From positions 512,001 through 576,000 of the forward strand of contig CBDAOB010000005.1 in assembly GCA_965197905.1 (NCBI GenBank): 64,000 nucleotides of DNA, written 5' to 3'. The notes under the pieces are model-generated. The model was not told the origin of the DNA, ran no database searches, and saw nothing but the letters and a program-made list of their open reading frames with translations. Source of the stretch: Candidatus Latescibacterota bacterium (GTDB lineage Bacteria; Latescibacterota; UBA2968; UBA8231). Position numbers and translations under genes: made by a program. Below are positions 38,052 to 47,863 of the stretch, piece after piece. Every line of letters starts with the position of its first letter. The stretch's first letter is position 1.

Positions 38052-38142
38052 GACTTCAGAAATCCACCGCTCGGTTTTGCGGGGTGGACCGCGTCCTTCC
38101 CACAGCCGTAATTCATCCGGTTCACACTAAGAGAAGACATCG

Positions 38143-39312
38143 ATGCAGACTGCCGACGCTGTTGTTGTCGGCGCCGGTATCAACGGCGCCTCCACCGCAT
38201 ACAACCTCGTGAAACGAGGTGCCGGTACCGTCGTCCTCATCGAGAAGCAGCTTCTTGCTTCTGGCGGAACCGGTCGCTCCGCGGCGATCGTGCGCCAGCA
38301 CTATTCCACCCCCGAGCTGGTGAAGATGGTGCGTCGCAGCGTGGAGGTGTTCCACCATTTCGACGGCGAAGTCGGGGGGGACTCCGGATTCACCAATACC
38401 GGTTGGGCGTTCCTGGTTCCAGAAGAGGTGAGCGACGGCTTGAGTGTCAATCTGGAGATGGGTCGGCGGCTGGGAGTGGACGTCCGCGAGATCAGCCGGG
38501 AGGACCTTCTGGAGCTGGAGCCCCGCATCGAACTTGGCGATGTACACCGCATCGCCTACGAACCGGGTTCCGGATATGCGGACCCGCGGGCAACGACCCA
38601 CAGCTACACACGGCGGTTCATGGAGCTGGGCGGACATCTGCAGCAGCTGTGCTCGGTTACCGGCCTGCAGCTGGAAGGGGGACGAATTACGGGGGTCGAA
38701 ACGGAGAATGGTCCCATTTCCACCGCTGTGGTGGTGAATGCGGCGGGGCCCTGGTCCGATCGGCTGGCGGCGATGGCGGGGGTTACACTGCCGCTCAAGG
38801 TCACCCGGGAGGAGGAGATCATCTACGCGACCGTCGCCGAGGGGGGACCGCCCCGGCTTTGTTTCTCCGATATGGCCAAGGCGATATACTACCGCCCGGA
38901 CGGGAAGGATCACACCCTGGTGGGCCGCGGTTTTCCGAAGCAGTACGAATACGTGGAGCCCGACGGCTACGACCAGGTTGTGGATGTGGCATTTATCGCC
39001 GAAACCGAGCAACTGTTTCATCAGCGCCTGCCGGCACTGGCTGGGTCGCTGGCGCTCAATTCCTACACTGGGCTTTACGACGTGACCCCCGATTGGCATC
39101 CGGTGCTCGGCAGCGTCGACGGTGTCGAGGGTTTCTACCTCTGTGCCGGTTTCAGCGGTCACGGATTCAAGATCGGTCCGGCCGTCGGTGAGTTGATGGC
39201 GGAAGAAATCATGGACGGCAGTGCCCACACCGTCGACCTTAGCCGTTTTGGACTCGATCGCTTCGAAAAAGGCAGCCTGATTGAAGCCGCTTATGGTGCG
39301 AATCGGGCCTGA
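38143..39312 (+). CDS. FAD-dependent oxidoreductase, DAO / sarcosine oxidase beta-like family
   Basis: 389 aa; VVVGAGING, GGTGRSAA, VVNAAGPW, GLYDVTPDWHPVLG, GFSGHGFKIGPAVG. Confidence 0.92.
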   Translation: MQTADAVVVGAGINGASTAYNLVKRGAGTVVLIEKQLLASGGTGRSAAIVRQHYSTPELVKMVRRSVEVFHHFDGEVGGDSGFTNTGWAFLVPEEVSDGLSVNLEMGRRLGVDVREISREDLLELEPRIELGDVHRIAYEPGSGYADPRATTHSYTRRFMELGGHLQQLCSVTGLQLEGGRITGVETENGPISTAVVVNAAGPWSDRLAAMAGVTLPLKVTREEEIIYATVAEGGPPRLCFSDMAKAIYYRPDGKDHTLVGRGFPKQYEYVEPDGYDQVVDVAFIAETEQLFHQRLPALAGSLALNSYTGLYDVTPDWHPVLGSVDGVEGFYLCAGFSGHGFKIGPAVGELMAEEIMDGSAHTVDLSRFGLDRFEKGSLIEAAYGANRA

Positions 39313-39330
39313 TTCGCGTCCAGGTTTGAG

Positions 39331-41262
39331 TTGGTAGCGCTGCCCCACTCCATATCATATCGCGCGGTGGTCCTGGGGTGCATCACCATCGCTTTAAACC
39401 TCTACTACAACATCCAGATCGCGGCACGGGGTTCGGGCGCAACGGTAACTGCTCAATTCCCCATGGCGGCGTTCATGCCGTTTGTGGTCTGGATCCTGAT
39501 CAACCTCTTGCTCAGGGTGATTGCACCTGCCATGGCGCTGCGCCGCGGCGAGCTGCTGACCATCTTCACGATGACCTGGGTGGTGGCGGCAATCCCTAGC
39601 TGGATAGGCTCCTGGAGCTCGGCGCTGGCGACCCCGACCCACTACGCGGATACCGAAAACCAGTGGGCCGAGTCGTTTTTCAACTACCTTCCCTGGCACG
39701 TCTTTCCCGCCACCACCAGCAGAGTGATCGGGAATTTTTGGTACGGCCTGCCAGAGGGGATGCCGTTGCCGTGGGATGGGTGGATCGGGGCTATCCTGCA
39801 ATGGTTCGGAGTCTCCATCGCGGTCGTGGTCTTCGGGTATTCGGCGATGATCCTACTGCGCAAACAGTGGGTCGAGGCGGAAAAGCTCACCTACCCGCTC
39901 GCCCAGCTGCCGCTGGACATCACCCGGACTGAGACGGGGCGGCGCTTGCCACACCTTTTCTATCAGAAACTATTCTGGATCGGTTTTGCCGTCGTTACAC
40001 TGCCCCTGCTCTACAACATTACAACCTACTTCACGCTCCAGCCATCCTTCGATCTCTTCTGGACGTATAACCTGATCGTCTTTCGCGAGGGGGTGATCTT
40101 CTTCATCCGTGTCATGCCGTTGATGTTGATGGTGATCTACCTGTGTCCGGTCGATATTCTCGGCAGCATGGTGCTCTTTACCGTGCTGGTCATCTTGAAG
40201 GTTTACATCATCGTTCTATTTGGTGGCTTGCCCGACTTCGATCTGCATCCCACCAGCGGCGGCAACATGTTCAATGAGCGTTCGATCGTACTTAATATCG
40301 AAAGCCACGGAGCGCTGATCTTTGTCTTCTTATGGTCTCTGTGGGTCGCCCGTGGGCATCTCAGGAATACCTGGCTGCAGGTTCGATACGGCCACGTCGG
40401 TGATGGAGGTGTCGGGGAAGTCCGCATGTATCGGTGGGCACTTGGCGCCATGCTGGGGTCCGGAATCTATGTGGTGTTCTGGGCTGTTTCACTGGGCGTG
40501 ACCCTGCCCATGGCGATAGGCAGCTTCGCGCTCACCATGATCGGTTACCTGGTAAGCATGAAAATGATTGCCGCCAGCGGCGTCGCCTACATCTATCCCA
40601 ACAGGCCTTTCCTGAAAGGAGAGATTTTTGTGCTGGAGTTGGCCACAACTCACGTGGCGCCCCAGAACCTGGTTCCGTACAAGGTGTTTACCAGCCACGC
40701 TTTCTTTGGTGGTTTCATCATTCCCGCCTGGCCCGCCATTGCCCACCATCTGCGCATCTTCGATCCTAGGTCCAAACCGGTGCGGATGGTCGCCATCGTG
40801 CTGGCGGCGTTCGCGCTGGGTTATGCGGTTTCAATCTGGGGCGTCCTGGACCGGAGCTACACCGACGGCTCCACGGGCGGATATCACGAGATGTATCGCG
40901 GGCTCATGATGCGGCTCAACGAGCCGACCGAACCCAACCTGCTAAAGTGGGGGGTCTGGTTGTTCGGGTTCGGTGAAGCGGCGGTTATTACCCTGTTGAG
41001 GGCTCGTTACCATTGGTTCGCCGTGCATCCTATCGGGCTCATATTTCAGTCGACCCACGCCACTTGGTGGTTCGGATTCAACTTCCTCATCGCCTGGCTC
41101 GTCAAGTTGGTGCTGCTGCGGTATGGTGGCGTTCGTGCCTACCTGGCCGGTAAACCGTTTTTTTATGGTCTCGGTATCGGTTACGTCTTCGGCGTAATCC
41201 TGTCAACTATTGTAGACGCGATCTGGTTTCCTGATTCCCCCCACCGCGTTCACTGGTGGTGA
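39331..41262 (+). CDS. DUF6785/DUF6784-like polytopic inner-membrane protein (subfamily B)
   Basis: 643 aa, colinear with 29952..31925 (FPMAAFMPFV, KQWVEAEKLTYPLAQLP, IRVMPLMLMVIYLCPVDILGSM, HRVHWW). Confidence 0.8.
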   Translation: MVALPHSISYRAVVLGCITIALNLYYNIQIAARGSGATVTAQFPMAAFMPFVVWILINLLLRVIAPAMALRRGELLTIFTMTWVVAAIPSWIGSWSSALATPTHYADTENQWAESFFNYLPWHVFPATTSRVIGNFWYGLPEGMPLPWDGWIGAILQWFGVSIAVVVFGYSAMILLRKQWVEAEKLTYPLAQLPLDITRTETGRRLPHLFYQKLFWIGFAVVTLPLLYNITTYFTLQPSFDLFWTYNLIVFREGVIFFIRVMPLMLMVIYLCPVDILGSMVLFTVLVILKVYIIVLFGGLPDFDLHPTSGGNMFNERSIVLNIESHGALIFVFLWSLWVARGHLRNTWLQVRYGHVGDGGVGEVRMYRWALGAMLGSGIYVVFWAVSLGVTLPMAIGSFALTMIGYLVSMKMIAASGVAYIYPNRPFLKGEIFVLELATTHVAPQNLVPYKVFTSHAFFGGFIIPAWPAIAHHLRIFDPRSKPVRMVAIVLAAFALGYAVSIWGVLDRSYTDGSTGGYHEMYRGLMMRLNEPTEPNLLKWGVWLFGFGEAAVITLLRARYHWFAVHPIGLIFQSTHATWWFGFNFLIAWLVKLVLLRYGGVRAYLAGKPFFYGLGIGYVFGVILSTIVDAIWFPDSPHRVHWW

Positions 41263-41292
41263 AATCACCAGCTGATTATTATCTCGGCGCTC

Positions 41293-43329
41293 ATGACTGC
41301 CCGCATCGCCATCGATACCGGTGGCACCTTCACTGATTTGGTGCTGCTCGACCCGCAAGGTCAACTCCACTTTCACAAGGTTTCCAGCACACCCGACGAC
41401 CCCAGCCGGGCGCTCGTTGACGGGGTGTGCCAACTAGTCGAGCGGGCCGGATACGCGCGCAGTAATCTAGATCTCCTGATTCATGGAACCACCGTCGCAA
41501 CCAACACCATTCTGCAACGGAACGGCGCCCGCGTTGCGTTCCTGACGACCGAGGGATTCCGCGACGTCCTGCACATCCAGCGACAGGATCGCCCGCAGAT
41601 GTACGATCTGCGTGCTCGCCGGACAGTACCGCTGGTGCCGCGGCACCTCCGTCTGGAGGTGCGCGAGCGTCTCGGTCCAAAGGGAGAAGTCGAGCTCCCC
41701 ATCGATCTCGCAATGCTTAGGCAGTCACTGGTCCCACTGCGAGAACAGAATATAGAAGCGGTGGCGGTGGGTTTACTTCACAGTCACGCCAATACGACCC
41801 ACGAACGGGAGGTCGGCGAGATTGTTGCCCGCGAACTGCCAGAGGCGAATGTCTGTCTGTCCCACGAGCTCGCCCGCGAGCGGGGGGAGTACGAGCGTTT
41901 CAGTACCTGCGTGATGAATGCCTACGTGCAACCGGTGATGTCCCGTTATCTGGAACGGATCGAAGAAGGATTGAACCACACCGGAGTAGACGCTCCCATG
42001 TTTGTGATGAAGTCCAACGGCGGCACCATGTCGGCAGCTGCCGCGGCTCGACAAGCCGTGTTCACCATTCTGTCCGGACCAGCGGGTGGCGCCGTGGCCA
42101 GCCGCTCCATTTCGGAGTCGTGCTCGGATCAGAACTTGATCGCGGCGGATATGGGAGGCACCAGCTTCGACGTAACCGTTATCCACCAAGGCAACGTACA
42201 CTTCGCCCGCGACGCGGAGATGGGTGGACTGGCACTCAAGGTGCCGATGCTTGACATCCACACTGTCGGAGCCGGCGGCGGCAGTATAGGTTGGATCGAT
42301 GCGGGCGGATCCCTGCGAGTCGGGCCCCAGTCCGCGGGTGCGCATCCAGGTCCCGCCTGTTACGGAAAAGGGGGCGAGCTGCCCACCGTCACCGATGCCA
42401 ACCTGTTGTTGGGACGACTCGCAACCGGGACGCTCCTGGGAGGCGGGCTGGAGCTCGATCTCGAAGCGGCCCGTCGCGCGATGCACGATCATCTAGCGGG
42501 GCCGTTGGGCTTGAAGCTAGAAGCGGCTGCTGAGGGATTGATACGTGTGGTGAACGCTACGATGACCGCTGCCATACGCAAGCTTACGGTCGAACGGGGA
42601 CATGATCCCAGGGACTTTACTCTCTGCGCCTACGGCGGAGCCGGCCCCTTGCATGGTTCTGAGCTCGCCGCGGAAATGGGCGTCCGGGAAACCCTGATTC
42701 CAGTTGCCCCTGGCGTAACATCAGCCGTCGGTCTTCTCCAATCGCAACTACGAGAGGACAGGGTGCGCACAGAAGTAGGCCCCCTCGACTCATTTTCTTG
42801 GAAGCAACTCACGGCCGCTATCGAAGAGTTGGAACGCGATGCCGGTAAGCAGCTGGCTCTGGCAGGTAGTGGGACGCCGACCACCCAATGCCGGTTCGGG
42901 CTGCGATATCTGGGTCAGGGGTACGAGTTGCCGGTGGAGGTGTGCTGGCAGCCGCTGGATCTAACGCAGGTCGCGGCCGATTTCCACACCGCGCATGAGC
43001 GCGCTTTCGGGTTCAAGCGTTTCGATCAAACCGTGGAGCTGGTCAATATCTGGGTGTCGATGGAAACAGACTCAAACGCCGTCCAACTACCGGAATGGCC
43101 GTCGCGTCCCGAACTCCGGCGGGTTGGCAACCGAGACGTTGTGTTTCGCGGGAAAGCCCATCCCACACCGGTCTTCAAGCGCGACGCCATGGGAGCCGGT
43201 ACAGAGCTCGAAGGTCCATCCGTGATTGAACAGCTGGATTCCGCTACCATCGTATGGCCCGGCCAGCAAGCGAAAGTGGATACCCGGGGGCAGCTGCGCC
43301 TGGGCCCAATGCCGTCCGGTTTTTTCTAG
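41293..43329 (+). CDS. hyuA: Hydantoinase/oxoprolinase subunit A (ATP-dependent)
   Basis: 678 aa; IDTGGTFTD, HGTTVATN, SGPAGG, DMGGTSFD, GAGGGS, GPQSAGAHPGPACYG, TVTDANL, GGAGPLH. Confidence 0.93.
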   Translation: MTARIAIDTGGTFTDLVLLDPQGQLHFHKVSSTPDDPSRALVDGVCQLVERAGYARSNLDLLIHGTTVATNTILQRNGARVAFLTTEGFRDVLHIQRQDRPQMYDLRARRTVPLVPRHLRLEVRERLGPKGEVELPIDLAMLRQSLVPLREQNIEAVAVGLLHSHANTTHEREVGEIVARELPEANVCLSHELARERGEYERFSTCVMNAYVQPVMSRYLERIEEGLNHTGVDAPMFVMKSNGGTMSAAAAARQAVFTILSGPAGGAVASRSISESCSDQNLIAADMGGTSFDVTVIHQGNVHFARDAEMGGLALKVPMLDIHTVGAGGGSIGWIDAGGSLRVGPQSAGAHPGPACYGKGGELPTVTDANLLLGRLATGTLLGGGLELDLEAARRAMHDHLAGPLGLKLEAAAEGLIRVVNATMTAAIRKLTVERGHDPRDFTLCAYGGAGPLHGSELAAEMGVRETLIPVAPGVTSAVGLLQSQLREDRVRTEVGPLDSFSWKQLTAAIEELERDAGKQLALAGSGTPTTQCRFGLRYLGQGYELPVEVCWQPLDLTQVAADFHTAHERAFGFKRFDQTVELVNIWVSMETDSNAVQLPEWPSRPELRRVGNRDVVFRGKAHPTPVFKRDAMGAGTELEGPSVIEQLDSATIVWPGQQAKVDTRGQLRLGPMPSGFF

Positions 43330-43341
43330 GAGGATCTAACT

Positions 43342-44139
43342 ATGCGCATCTGCGTAATCAATCCATTCGCAGGGACGGAACAGTTCGGCAGGGAGAATCT
43401 GGAAGCGATCGCTGCGCCGGGTACTGAGTTCCAGGTCTGCGATGTCGGCGACCGCTATCCACTCAACAACAACCAATGGCTCTACTTCAAACATGGCTGT
43501 ACCGGGCCCACCATCGATCGAGCCATCGAGGCGGAACGACAGGGATACGACGCCATCTTCATCTCCTGCAACCTGGATATTGGATTGTACGAGTGCCGCC
43601 AGATGTGCAATATCCCGGTAACCGCCACTCTGGAGGCGGCGGCATTGACCGCTCACTCCATGGGACGCCGCTTTTCCTTGCTGAGCGTTGATGACCAGAA
43701 CGGGCAGATTCAAAGGATGTTGTTAGAGCAGTATCAGCTTGCCCAGGGTCTGGTGTCGGTGCGCAGCTTCGACATCGATGCCACCGATCTCTACGCCGAC
43801 CGCAGCTCCCCAGAGGAGATTTCCACGAAAGTGCTTTCCGTGGCGCGGCGCTGCATCGACGAGGATGGCGCGGATGTGCTGATCTCCGGGTGTACCCTGG
43901 CCGGCTCGGTGCTTTCCAAAGCGGCGCGGGAGAATCCGGATGCTCATCCGGCACCGATCATCGACGGCATGTTGCCTGGTTTCAAGATGGCGGAGACGAT
44001 GGCGTCCCTGCAACGCGCCGGACTGCCGCCTGTCAGCCGCCTGGGACTGTATCAGCAACCACCACAACCCGACCTGAAAGCGTTGCGCGATTCCCTCGGA
44101 CAACCGCTTCCGCCCTGGGCCACGAGGGAGAACGAATGA
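43342..44139 (+). CDS. Asp/Glu/hydantoin racemase family protein
   Basis: 265 aa; RICVINP, DAIFISCNLD and DVLISGCT (both catalytic-type Cys), PIIDG. Confidence 0.85.
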   Translation: MRICVINPFAGTEQFGRENLEAIAAPGTEFQVCDVGDRYPLNNNQWLYFKHGCTGPTIDRAIEAERQGYDAIFISCNLDIGLYECRQMCNIPVTATLEAAALTAHSMGRRFSLLSVDDQNGQIQRMLLEQYQLAQGLVSVRSFDIDATDLYADRSSPEEISTKVLSVARRCIDEDGADVLISGCTLAGSVLSKAARENPDAHPAPIIDGMLPGFKMAETMASLQRAGLPPVSRLGLYQQPPQPDLKALRDSLGQPLPPWATRENE

Positions 44140-45812
44140 AAGTCGATCCCGTTACCCTTGAGATCATGCGCAACCGGTGGAAGGGGATTGCCGAGGAGAT
44201 GTGCGCTGCCCTGGTGCGCGCGAGCTATTCCACCAACATCAAGGACCGACGGGATTGCTCGGCAGCTCTCGCTATGTCATCGGGGGAGATCGTTGCCCAA
44301 GCCGAGGTTGGCACACCCCTACATCTGGGCATCATGCCAGGTGTGATCGGGGCCATTCTCCGAGAGTATCCGGTGGCGCAGATGACCCCTGGCGACGTGT
44401 ATGTCACGAACCTGCCGTATCCAGAGGGTCCCGGGCATCTACCTGATGTTTCCCTCGTATCGGGGGTCTTCCACCAGGATCGCGTGGTGGCTCTCGCCGC
44501 TTCCACCGCTCACCACGTCGACATGGGCGGTTTCGCGCCCGGCAGCATGCCGTTTGGCGTCACCGAGATCTATCAAGAAGGATTGCAGATTCCGCCGCTG
44601 AGGATCTTTTCCGGCGGCGAGATGGATGAGTCGCTGTTCCGTCTCATCAACCAGAATGTGCGCACGCAGCACGAGGTGCGCGGCGATCTGATGGCCCAGT
44701 ACGCCTGCGCTCAAATCGCCCAGATGAGGGTGGACGAGCTGATGCAACGGGGGGACGGTGAGCAAGCCCTCCTTTATATGGAACCGATTCTAGATCATGC
44801 CGAACGCCGCATGCGAACGGCCATCGCGGGGGCTCCTGACGGCGAGTATCAATATGTGGACTATCTCGACGACGACGGGACCGTGGATGAGCCCGTGAAG
44901 ATCGCCGTCAAATTGACGATTGCTGGAGACGAGTTACGCGCTGATTTCACCGGTTCCAGCGCCCAAGTCCTGGGGCCCCTCAATGCCCGGGTTTCCGCTG
45001 CGGCGTCGGCGACCTATTACGTCGTAAAGACGGTGCTTGACCCCGATCTGCCGGTCTGCGCCGGTGCCCACCGCCCGATCGAGGTCTTCGCCCCCGAGGG
45101 TACGATCCTGCAGGCGCAATACCCGGCGGCCATCGGCAACGCCAACATCATTACCGATCAAAGGGTGGTCGATGCTCTTTTGGGCGCCTTCCATCAGGCG
45201 GTACCTGACAGGGTGTGCGCCGCCTGCAGCGGCGAGATGAATCTGATCAATGTGGGGGGATTGGATCCACGTACGGGGGAGTATTACAACTATGTCGAGA
45301 CCTACGCCGGCGGTATGGGCGCGATGTCCGACCTGGATGGCGAGGACGGCGTACATACCCACCTCACCAATACCCGCAATGCCCCGGTGGAGGTCATCGA
45401 AGCTACCTATCCGTTGCAGGTGGTAGGTTACGGGCTCGTTTCCGACACCGCCGGAGCCGGCCGCAGGCGGGGTGGCTGCGGCATGATGCGGGAGTTGAGA
45501 TGCCTCGGAGAGCGCACCCTGTTGACCATGGGGGCTGATCGCCGCAAGTTCCGCCCATGGGGATTGGAGGGAGGTGGTGAGGCGGAAGGCTCCCACTGCT
45601 GGGTGATCAAACCGGACGGCTCGCGATCCGAGCTTCCCACCAAGGTCTTCACCGAGCTTCACGAAGGGGATCGCCTGCTCGTACAGACCCCCGGCGGGGG
45701 CGGCTGGGGCGATCCGGCCGATCGCGAAGCCGAACGAGTGCAGCGCGACCTGAGCGACGAGCTCATTACGGCCGAGCACGCGGCCGAGCACTACCGCTAC
45801 CCAGGGCCATGA
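44136..45812 (+). CDS. hyuB: Hydantoinase B/oxoprolinase subunit
   Basis: ATG 44136 overlaps the racemase stop (ATGA). DPVTLEI, STNIKDRRDCS, GHLPD, HHVDMGG, EIYQEGL, NTRNAPVE, TPGGGGWG. Confidence 0.93.
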   Translation: MKVDPVTLEIMRNRWKGIAEEMCAALVRASYSTNIKDRRDCSAALAMSSGEIVAQAEVGTPLHLGIMPGVIGAILREYPVAQMTPGDVYVTNLPYPEGPGHLPDVSLVSGVFHQDRVVALAASTAHHVDMGGFAPGSMPFGVTEIYQEGLQIPPLRIFSGGEMDESLFRLINQNVRTQHEVRGDLMAQYACAQIAQMRVDELMQRGDGEQALLYMEPILDHAERRMRTAIAGAPDGEYQYVDYLDDDGTVDEPVKIAVKLTIAGDELRADFTGSSAQVLGPLNARVSAAASATYYVVKTVLDPDLPVCAGAHRPIEVFAPEGTILQAQYPAAIGNANIITDQRVVDALLGAFHQAVPDRVCAACSGEMNLINVGGLDPRTGEYYNYVETYAGGMGAMSDLDGEDGVHTHLTNTRNAPVEVIEATYPLQVVGYGLVSDTAGAGRRRGGCGMMRELRCLGERTLLTMGADRRKFRPWGLEGGGEAEGSHCWVIKPDGSRSELPTKVFTELHEGDRLLVQTPGGGGWGDPADREAERVQRDLSDELITAEHAAEHYRYPGP

Positions 45813-45822
45813 AGGAGAAAAA

Positions 45823-47823
45823 ATGAACTGGTTCGAAAAGAGTTTCTTCAATGTGCACGTCGACTACCACACCCGCGACGATGCACACACCGGGTCCGGC
45901 CTCACACGCCAGGGGTTGCGGACCCTTCTCGGCGAGGTGCGTCCGGACATGATCCAGATTCACTCCAAGGGGCACCCGGGTATCGCCTCCTATCCCACCA
46001 AGGTCGGCACCTATAGCAGTAATCACCAAGAGGACGTGATGGCGATCTATCGCGATGTCTGCCGCGAGATGGGGATTTGCTTCAGCGTCTATTACTCGAG
46101 CTTGGTCGATGTCATTGCCGCTAACGCCCATGAGGACTGGCGCATCATCAAGGCAGATGGGAGTTATTACGGCACGGGGGAGAAGTGGGAAGGGGACCGA
46201 ATGAACAGCTTCTTCCTCTGCCACAACACCGGGTATATCGAGGAATATCTGCTCCCGCAGATCAAGGAGATCCTGGTAGAGTACGAACCGGACGGACTCT
46301 GGTTCGATGGGGACGTCTGGGTGTCGCGGGTTTGTTACTGTGCCTCCTGCCAGGAGAAGTACCGGGAGCTGCACGGCCGCGAGGTCCCGCGTCCCGCAGA
46401 CGAGGAAGATTGGCCTCCGGCGCCCGAGTTCGCTCGGGAAACCTACCTGGAATATCTGCAGAAAGTGCACGACCTCATTCAGGAGGTGCGGCCCGAGTGT
46501 CTGTTCTCGGTGAATTGGCTGCACACCTTGAGCAACCCGTGGTCCAGTCGCGGCAAGGTGGACTGGCTCTCGGGCGATGTACCGCTCAACCACGGAGTCA
46601 ACGCAGCCGGGCGGGAGGCGCGCTTCATGAACCACCAGGGTCTGCCCTTCGACATCATGATCTGTGATTTCAGTCTCGACTACCGCACCCGCGGCTACAT
46701 GTACCACAAATCCGCCGAGCAGATGAAACAGGAGGCGGCGGCGGTGGTGGCCAATGGTGCCCGCCTCTTCTACTGGATGACTCCCAATCGGGACGCCAGC
46801 TTTCGGGTGGAGGATCCACCCACGGCCGCTGAGGTAGGTCGCTTCGTTCGGGACCGACAGCCGTACTGCACAGCCACGCAGTCGGTGCCGGATACGGCCA
46901 TACTGGTTTCAGCCGCCGGCTGGGCTGCCGATCCCACGATCCGGCACGAGACCGAAGATACGCAACGGGTTTTCGCCGCCCAGCAGATGCTGCTGGAATC
47001 CGGCCTGCACCACGACCTGGTGAGCGAGGACGCATTCCTGAAAAGCGACGCCGACTGGCACACGGTGATCTTGCCTGGAGTTGACGAACTCTCCGACGCA
47101 TTGCTGAAAGAGCTCGAAAAGTACGTGCGCAACGGGGGCAATCTGTTGCTCAGTCTGCCGCTACCCGAAGACCGATGTGCCAAGCTTACGGGAGCAGAAC
47201 GCTGGGCCAAAAAGGATATCGAGGACGACCCGCTTGCCGGCATTGCCCACCGGGTTCTACTGCCTTCAGGGTGGGCGCGGGTCTACTATCCCGCGGCAAG
47301 GGCGGTTGAACCGCATGCCGAACCCCGTGGTCAGCTGTGGCAGGCGCAAGGGTTCGAGGCGATTCCTCAGCAACCGGTGTCCTACGTCAATCGCCTGGGG
47401 GATGGGACCGTCATCACCTGTGCGGGCAGTGTTTTCGACGGTTATCGCCGGGTGCAGGGACCCCCGCTGCGTGACCTGGTGATGGCGGAGCTGCGTTTCC
47501 TACGTCCTCACCCGGTCGCCGAGCTCGATCCTCCGGGCCAGCTGGAGCTCTCTGTGCGGGAGCGGGAGGGAGAGTGGCTGGTACACTTGGTAAACCACGG
47601 CGCCGATCGCGACATGGGCGGAGAAAGCTTCTTCGTCGAGAAGGTGCCGCGCAGCGGCCCCCGCACCCTTGTTGTGCATTGCAAGCAGCGACCCGCATCG
47701 GTGTTGTTGCAGCCGGGCAATCGGACGCTGGAGTGGCAGGTTATTTCAAACGGTGTCCGCTGTCACCTGCCCGACGTAGAGATCCACGAGATCGTGCAGA
47801 TCTCGTTTCCCCAGGCGGTATGA
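45823..47823 (+). CDS. TIM-barrel glycoside hydrolase with beta-galactosidase trimerisation-like domain (GH151/GHL6 alpha-L-fucosidase-like)
   Basis: 666 aa; VHVDYHT, HSKGHPGIASYPT, PDGLWFD, CYCASC, YVRNGGNLL, WLVHLVN. No signal peptide. Confidence 0.7.
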   Translation: MNWFEKSFFNVHVDYHTRDDAHTGSGLTRQGLRTLLGEVRPDMIQIHSKGHPGIASYPTKVGTYSSNHQEDVMAIYRDVCREMGICFSVYYSSLVDVIAANAHEDWRIIKADGSYYGTGEKWEGDRMNSFFLCHNTGYIEEYLLPQIKEILVEYEPDGLWFDGDVWVSRVCYCASCQEKYRELHGREVPRPADEEDWPPAPEFARETYLEYLQKVHDLIQEVRPECLFSVNWLHTLSNPWSSRGKVDWLSGDVPLNHGVNAAGREARFMNHQGLPFDIMICDFSLDYRTRGYMYHKSAEQMKQEAAAVVANGARLFYWMTPNRDASFRVEDPPTAAEVGRFVRDRQPYCTATQSVPDTAILVSAAGWAADPTIRHETEDTQRVFAAQQMLLESGLHHDLVSEDAFLKSDADWHTVILPGVDELSDALLKELEKYVRNGGNLLLSLPLPEDRCAKLTGAERWAKKDIEDDPLAGIAHRVLLPSGWARVYYPAARAVEPHAEPRGQLWQAQGFEAIPQQPVSYVNRLGDGTVITCAGSVFDGYRRVQGPPLRDLVMAELRFLRPHPVAELDPPGQLELSVREREGEWLVHLVNHGADRDMGGESFFVEKVPRSGPRTLVVHCKQRPASVLLQPGNRTLEWQVISNGVRCHLPDVEIHEIVQISFPQAV

Positions 47824-47863
47824 TCCCGATCGCAAAAGCGAGAATCCTACAAGGAGAAAAAAG

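Noticed and set aside
38062..38089. Weak hairpin TCCACC...GGTGGA after barrel array 2
   Set aside because: Imperfect stem and no U-tract; not supportable as a terminator.
38122..39348. 408-aa antisense ORF covering the DAO oxidoreductase
   Set aside because: No recognisable motifs; a typical shadow ORF from GC-rich codon bias opposite a clear gene.
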